A stretch of DNA of 63,738 bases, filler included, from Lama guanicoe (lineage: Eukaryota), in NCBI GenBank assembly GCA_013239625.1. It is 210 parts of 210 records of this genome, joined end to end, with 100 filler letters (N's around TTAATTAATTAA, not from the genome) between each part and the next. Parts side by side here need not be neighbours in the genome. Positions count along the whole stretch, not along the records: positions 60,191 to 60,394 come from PNXV01032894.1; positions 60,495 to 60,698 come from PNXV01032895.1; positions 60,799 to 61,002 come from PNXV01032896.1; positions 61,103 to 61,306 come from PNXV01032897.1; positions 61,407 to 61,610 come from PNXV01032898.1; positions 61,711 to 61,914 come from PNXV01032899.1; positions 62,015 to 62,218 come from PNXV01032900.1; positions 62,319 to 62,522 come from PNXV01032901.1; 202 more parts are not named here. One strand, written 5' to 3'. The translations under genes were made by a program, and so were the position numbers. The notes under the pieces were generated by a model. That model was not told the origin of the DNA, made no database searches, and saw only the letters and a program-made list of their open reading frames with translations. Every line of letters begins with the position of its first letter. Position 1 is the stretch's first letter. This document shows, piece after piece, positions 60,365 to 63,738 of this stretch.

Positions 60365-62926
60365 GTAACGGGCGTGCGGCCCGCGCCGTCGGGGNNNNNN
60401 NNNNNNNNNNNNNNNNNNNNNNNNNNNNNNNNNNNNNNTTAATTAATTAANNNNNNNNNNNNNNNNNNNNNNNNNNNNNNNNNNNNNNNNNNNNATTTCT
60501 AAAAACTACTATTGAATTTTTTCTATTCTGTTCAAAACCCATTCTATTAAGTAAAATTGGAAATTTTGAAAAATCATTAAAAAAAAGAAAAACAGATATG
60601 CAATGGAGTTCATCGTTAAAGAATGGCTTACTCTGTGAGCATCGTCAGAGTGTTTTATTATACAATATGTGCTGCATCTAAATGAATGTATGTGACACNN
60701 NNNNNNNNNNNNNNNNNNNNNNNNNNNNNNNNNNNNNNNNNNTTAATTAATTAANNNNNNNNNNNNNNNNNNNNNNNNNNNNNNNNNNNNNNNNNNNNAT
60801 GAGAACGTTTAGAGTCAGTTATAATTAGCAAAAAAATTGGGGGGAGACTTTTACTGTAGTGAGAGGCCCAAATTAGAAAGATTATTGTATATGCTTCGCA
60901 ATATCAACAAAAATCTTATTCATACTGAATAAGCTGACAGATAGAAAGCACTTACAAGAGTTCCTGGTGCATAATAGGTGCTCAAAAATGTAAGCTATCA
61001 TTNNNNNNNNNNNNNNNNNNNNNNNNNNNNNNNNNNNNNNNNNNNNTTAATTAATTAANNNNNNNNNNNNNNNNNNNNNNNNNNNNNNNNNNNNNNNNNN
61101 NNTGAATATTAATGAGACAAATTACACAAAATTGGGCAAAATTGTTGCATAGACATTTCACACAGGAAAATACACAAATGGCTAATAATTTTATGAATAT
61201 TTACTATCATCACTCATCAAGGAAATTAAAACTAAAATTATAATGAGATACTAATACACACCTACTAGAGTGGTTAAAATCCAAAGGACTGATGATACCA
61301 AGTATTNNNNNNNNNNNNNNNNNNNNNNNNNNNNNNNNNNNNNNNNNNNNTTAATTAATTAANNNNNNNNNNNNNNNNNNNNNNNNNNNNNNNNNNNNNN
61401 NNNNNNCACTCACTCACTCACTCATTCAGTCACCCATCCATCCATCTACATTGGCACCTACTAAGCACCTACCATGATGCAAGTCTTGGAGCCTTAGCTC
61501 AGACCTAACCCTCCATAGGGCAAAGCTGCTATAATTGATGGCATTTAAATCTGCAACCTAAGACAGGAAAAATATTTCCCCATCAGAGAGCCAGTTCTCT
61601 CCTCTAGATANNNNNNNNNNNNNNNNNNNNNNNNNNNNNNNNNNNNNNNNNNNNTTAATTAATTAANNNNNNNNNNNNNNNNNNNNNNNNNNNNNNNNNN
61701 NNNNNNNNNNAGGTAGCATGATCATTTGTTTTCCACATAAGGAGTTGGGAGGAAGGCCCAACAAGGTTATAGTATCTCTTTTCATCAGTGAAATTGACCT
61801 TCCCAGTAAGAGGTGGGAGCCATGTAAAATGAGAAGATCCTATGGCGCTTTAGGCATTTAACCTATAACTGAATATTAAGGAATAACACAGCTTTTAATG
61901 GCTTAAAATATTTGNNNNNNNNNNNNNNNNNNNNNNNNNNNNNNNNNNNNNNNNNNNNTTAATTAATTAANNNNNNNNNNNNNNNNNNNNNNNNNNNNNN
62001 NNNNNNNNNNNNNNATGTCCTAGGAAGTCATTGTAAATTAAGATTAGGTGTGAAAACACTTGGCAAACTACAAACTGCAGTTAACTATTTTTTTAAAAAA
62101 TCTAGACTTATCTGACTTTTTAAATTACTCATAATTTCACCCCTCACTTTAAAGAAGCATACTTAGTCATTCTAGAATTATACTGCATTTCAGTAATTTG
62201 CAAGAAATTATTATTGTANNNNNNNNNNNNNNNNNNNNNNNNNNNNNNNNNNNNNNNNNNNNTTAATTAATTAANNNNNNNNNNNNNNNNNNNNNNNNNN
62301 NNNNNNNNNNNNNNNNNNTAGATTGATGCCAAACTATAATCCAAAGTGATCACATGTGTTCTCTAAGATTTAATGTGTCTGTGTCTAACTACGTATTCTT
62401 AAATCCAAATGGTCACGTCAAATTGACCATCAAAAACTCTTCAAGGGGAGAATGAGTTCCATAAAGGTGACACAAGGCCTTGGGATGGGGAGGTGGGTGG
62501 ATGGGGAGAAGAAACCAAAATTNNNNNNNNNNNNNNNNNNNNNNNNNNNNNNNNNNNNNNNNNNNNTTAATTAATTAANNNNNNNNNNNNNNNNNNNNNN
62601 NNNNNNNNNNNNNNNNNNNNNNAAAATGATTCTCAAAAAATAAATAATTTCAGAGAGGGAAAAATATTTCCCATTAGTAATTATGAGAAAAACATTATCA
62701 CACTAGTCTTCCGAAAGGCATATTGTACAATAATGAACAATTACTTCAACAATAGTTTGGCACAATTTTTATTTACTCTTATTCCTGGACTGGCCCTCAA
62801 GAAATACTGGATGTATTGAGGGCTCCNNNNNNNNNNNNNNNNNNNNNNNNNNNNNNNNNNNNNNNNNNNNTTAATTAATTAANNNNNNNNNNNNNNNNNN
62901 NNNNNNNNNNNNNNNNNNNNNNNNNN

Positions 62927-63130
62927 TGAAACATATTACTCAAGAAAAAAGAAGATTCCTTTCAAAATATTACTAATCATTGACAATACACCTGGTCCTC
63001 CAAGAGCTCTGATGAAGGTGTGCAATAAGATCAATGTTGTTCTCACTACTACTAACACAACATTTATTCTGCAGCTCATGAATCAAGAAGTAATTTCAAC
63101 TTCCAAGTCTTATTCTTTAAGATATGCATT
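62927..63130 (+). mobile_element. Tigger1 transposase DDE-domain fragment
   Basis: [67 protein letters not shown] versus Tigger1 [66 protein letters not shown]; the QPMDQG motif is degraded (D to N). Confidence 0.92.
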
Positions 63131-63738
63131 NNNNNNNNNNNNNNNNNNNNNNNNNNNNNNNNNNNNNNNNNNNNTTAATTAATTAANNNNNNNNNNNNNN
63201 NNNNNNNNNNNNNNNNNNNNNNNNNNNNNNCATGTTTATGTTTCTTGTGTCTGTGAGGCTAGAACTATGGTCCCAATTTCTCTGGGCTCACATCCGTGGT
63301 GTCTGACAAGCAGAAAGGAAAGAATGTCCTCCTCTGTTCCATTAGGAATACCTCAGAGAAGGGCCTTCTTTGGCCTGGCTTGTGCTACTTCCTGATCGCA
63401 GTCAGTGTATGAGCAGCCACTGTGGCCGGGAAGGNNNNNNNNNNNNNNNNNNNNNNNNNNNNNNNNNNNNNNNNNNNNTTAATTAATTAANNNNNNNNNN
63501 NNNNNNNNNNNNNNNNNNNNNNNNNNNNNNNNNNTGAAGGAGCTGGTGGAGATGGAAAAGCAGGAGAGAACGTGACATGCTGTGGAGGCTGCATCTCAGG
63601 GGCTGATATGGAAGAGAAGTAGGTCAGGCTTATTTAATCACGTGAACAGGCCCATTCAGGCTGTTGGTAGTGGGGCCAGGGGTTTTTTTTGTAAGGACAG
63701 AAATGGCGAAGAGCCAGGCTTCATGGGAACAAGGCTGG

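Larger units (their letters stand above)
1..63738. other. Artificial concatenation of 210 unplaced ~204-bp contigs (assembly pseudo-scaffold)
   Basis: Strict 304-bp period of 204 bp sequence plus 100 bp spacer; 210x204 + 209x100 - 2 = 63738; neighbouring contigs are unrelated in sequence and GC content. Confidence 0.99.

Noticed and set aside
561..60450. Most ORF-track entries as small proteins
   Set aside because: They reach the length cutoff only by reading through N runs to the linker stop and show no recognisable homology.
62927..63130. Domesticated TIGD1-like transposase gene, since the frame is open
   Set aside because: Conserved motifs are degraded (QPMDQG to QLMNQE, PGHP to PGPP), consistent with a neutrally decaying Tigger1 copy.
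1..63738. CRISPR-like or programmed-rearrangement-like array of a constant repeat with unique equal-length spacers
   Set aside because: The repeat is a 12-bp six-frame-stop linker embedded in N runs, the spacers are 204-bp mammalian fragments, and there are no cas genes.

Overview
This window is not a contiguous locus. It is an assembly 'chrUn'-type concatenation of 210 unrelated short contigs (208 of 204 bp, two of 203 bp), each joined by an identical artificial 100-bp spacer (44 N + TTAATTAATTAA + 44 N). Neighbourhood between contigs carries no biological meaning, and most ORF-track entries are artefacts that run into the spacer. The DNA is placental mammal, probably camelid (Vic-1-like SINE, camelid-type L1 3' ends). 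Recognisable contents: many L1, MaLR/ERV, MIR/L2 and DNA-transposon fragments; a full-length retroposed U1 snRNA copy with target-site duplication; three olfactory receptor fragments (one disrupted); an NDUFS8 processed pseudogene fragment with strongly GC-biased substitutions; TSHZ1 coding exon 1; ERV gag and RT fragments; a Tigger1 transposase fragment; two paralogous fragments of a divergent, apparently intronless cTAGE5/MIA2-like family; two circularly permuted pieces of a ~245-bp satellite; and four near-identical contig pairs that are de Bruijn bubble arms with 49-bp shared ends. No multi-gene novel system can be supported. All family assignments come from my recall of consensus sequences, not from database searches.
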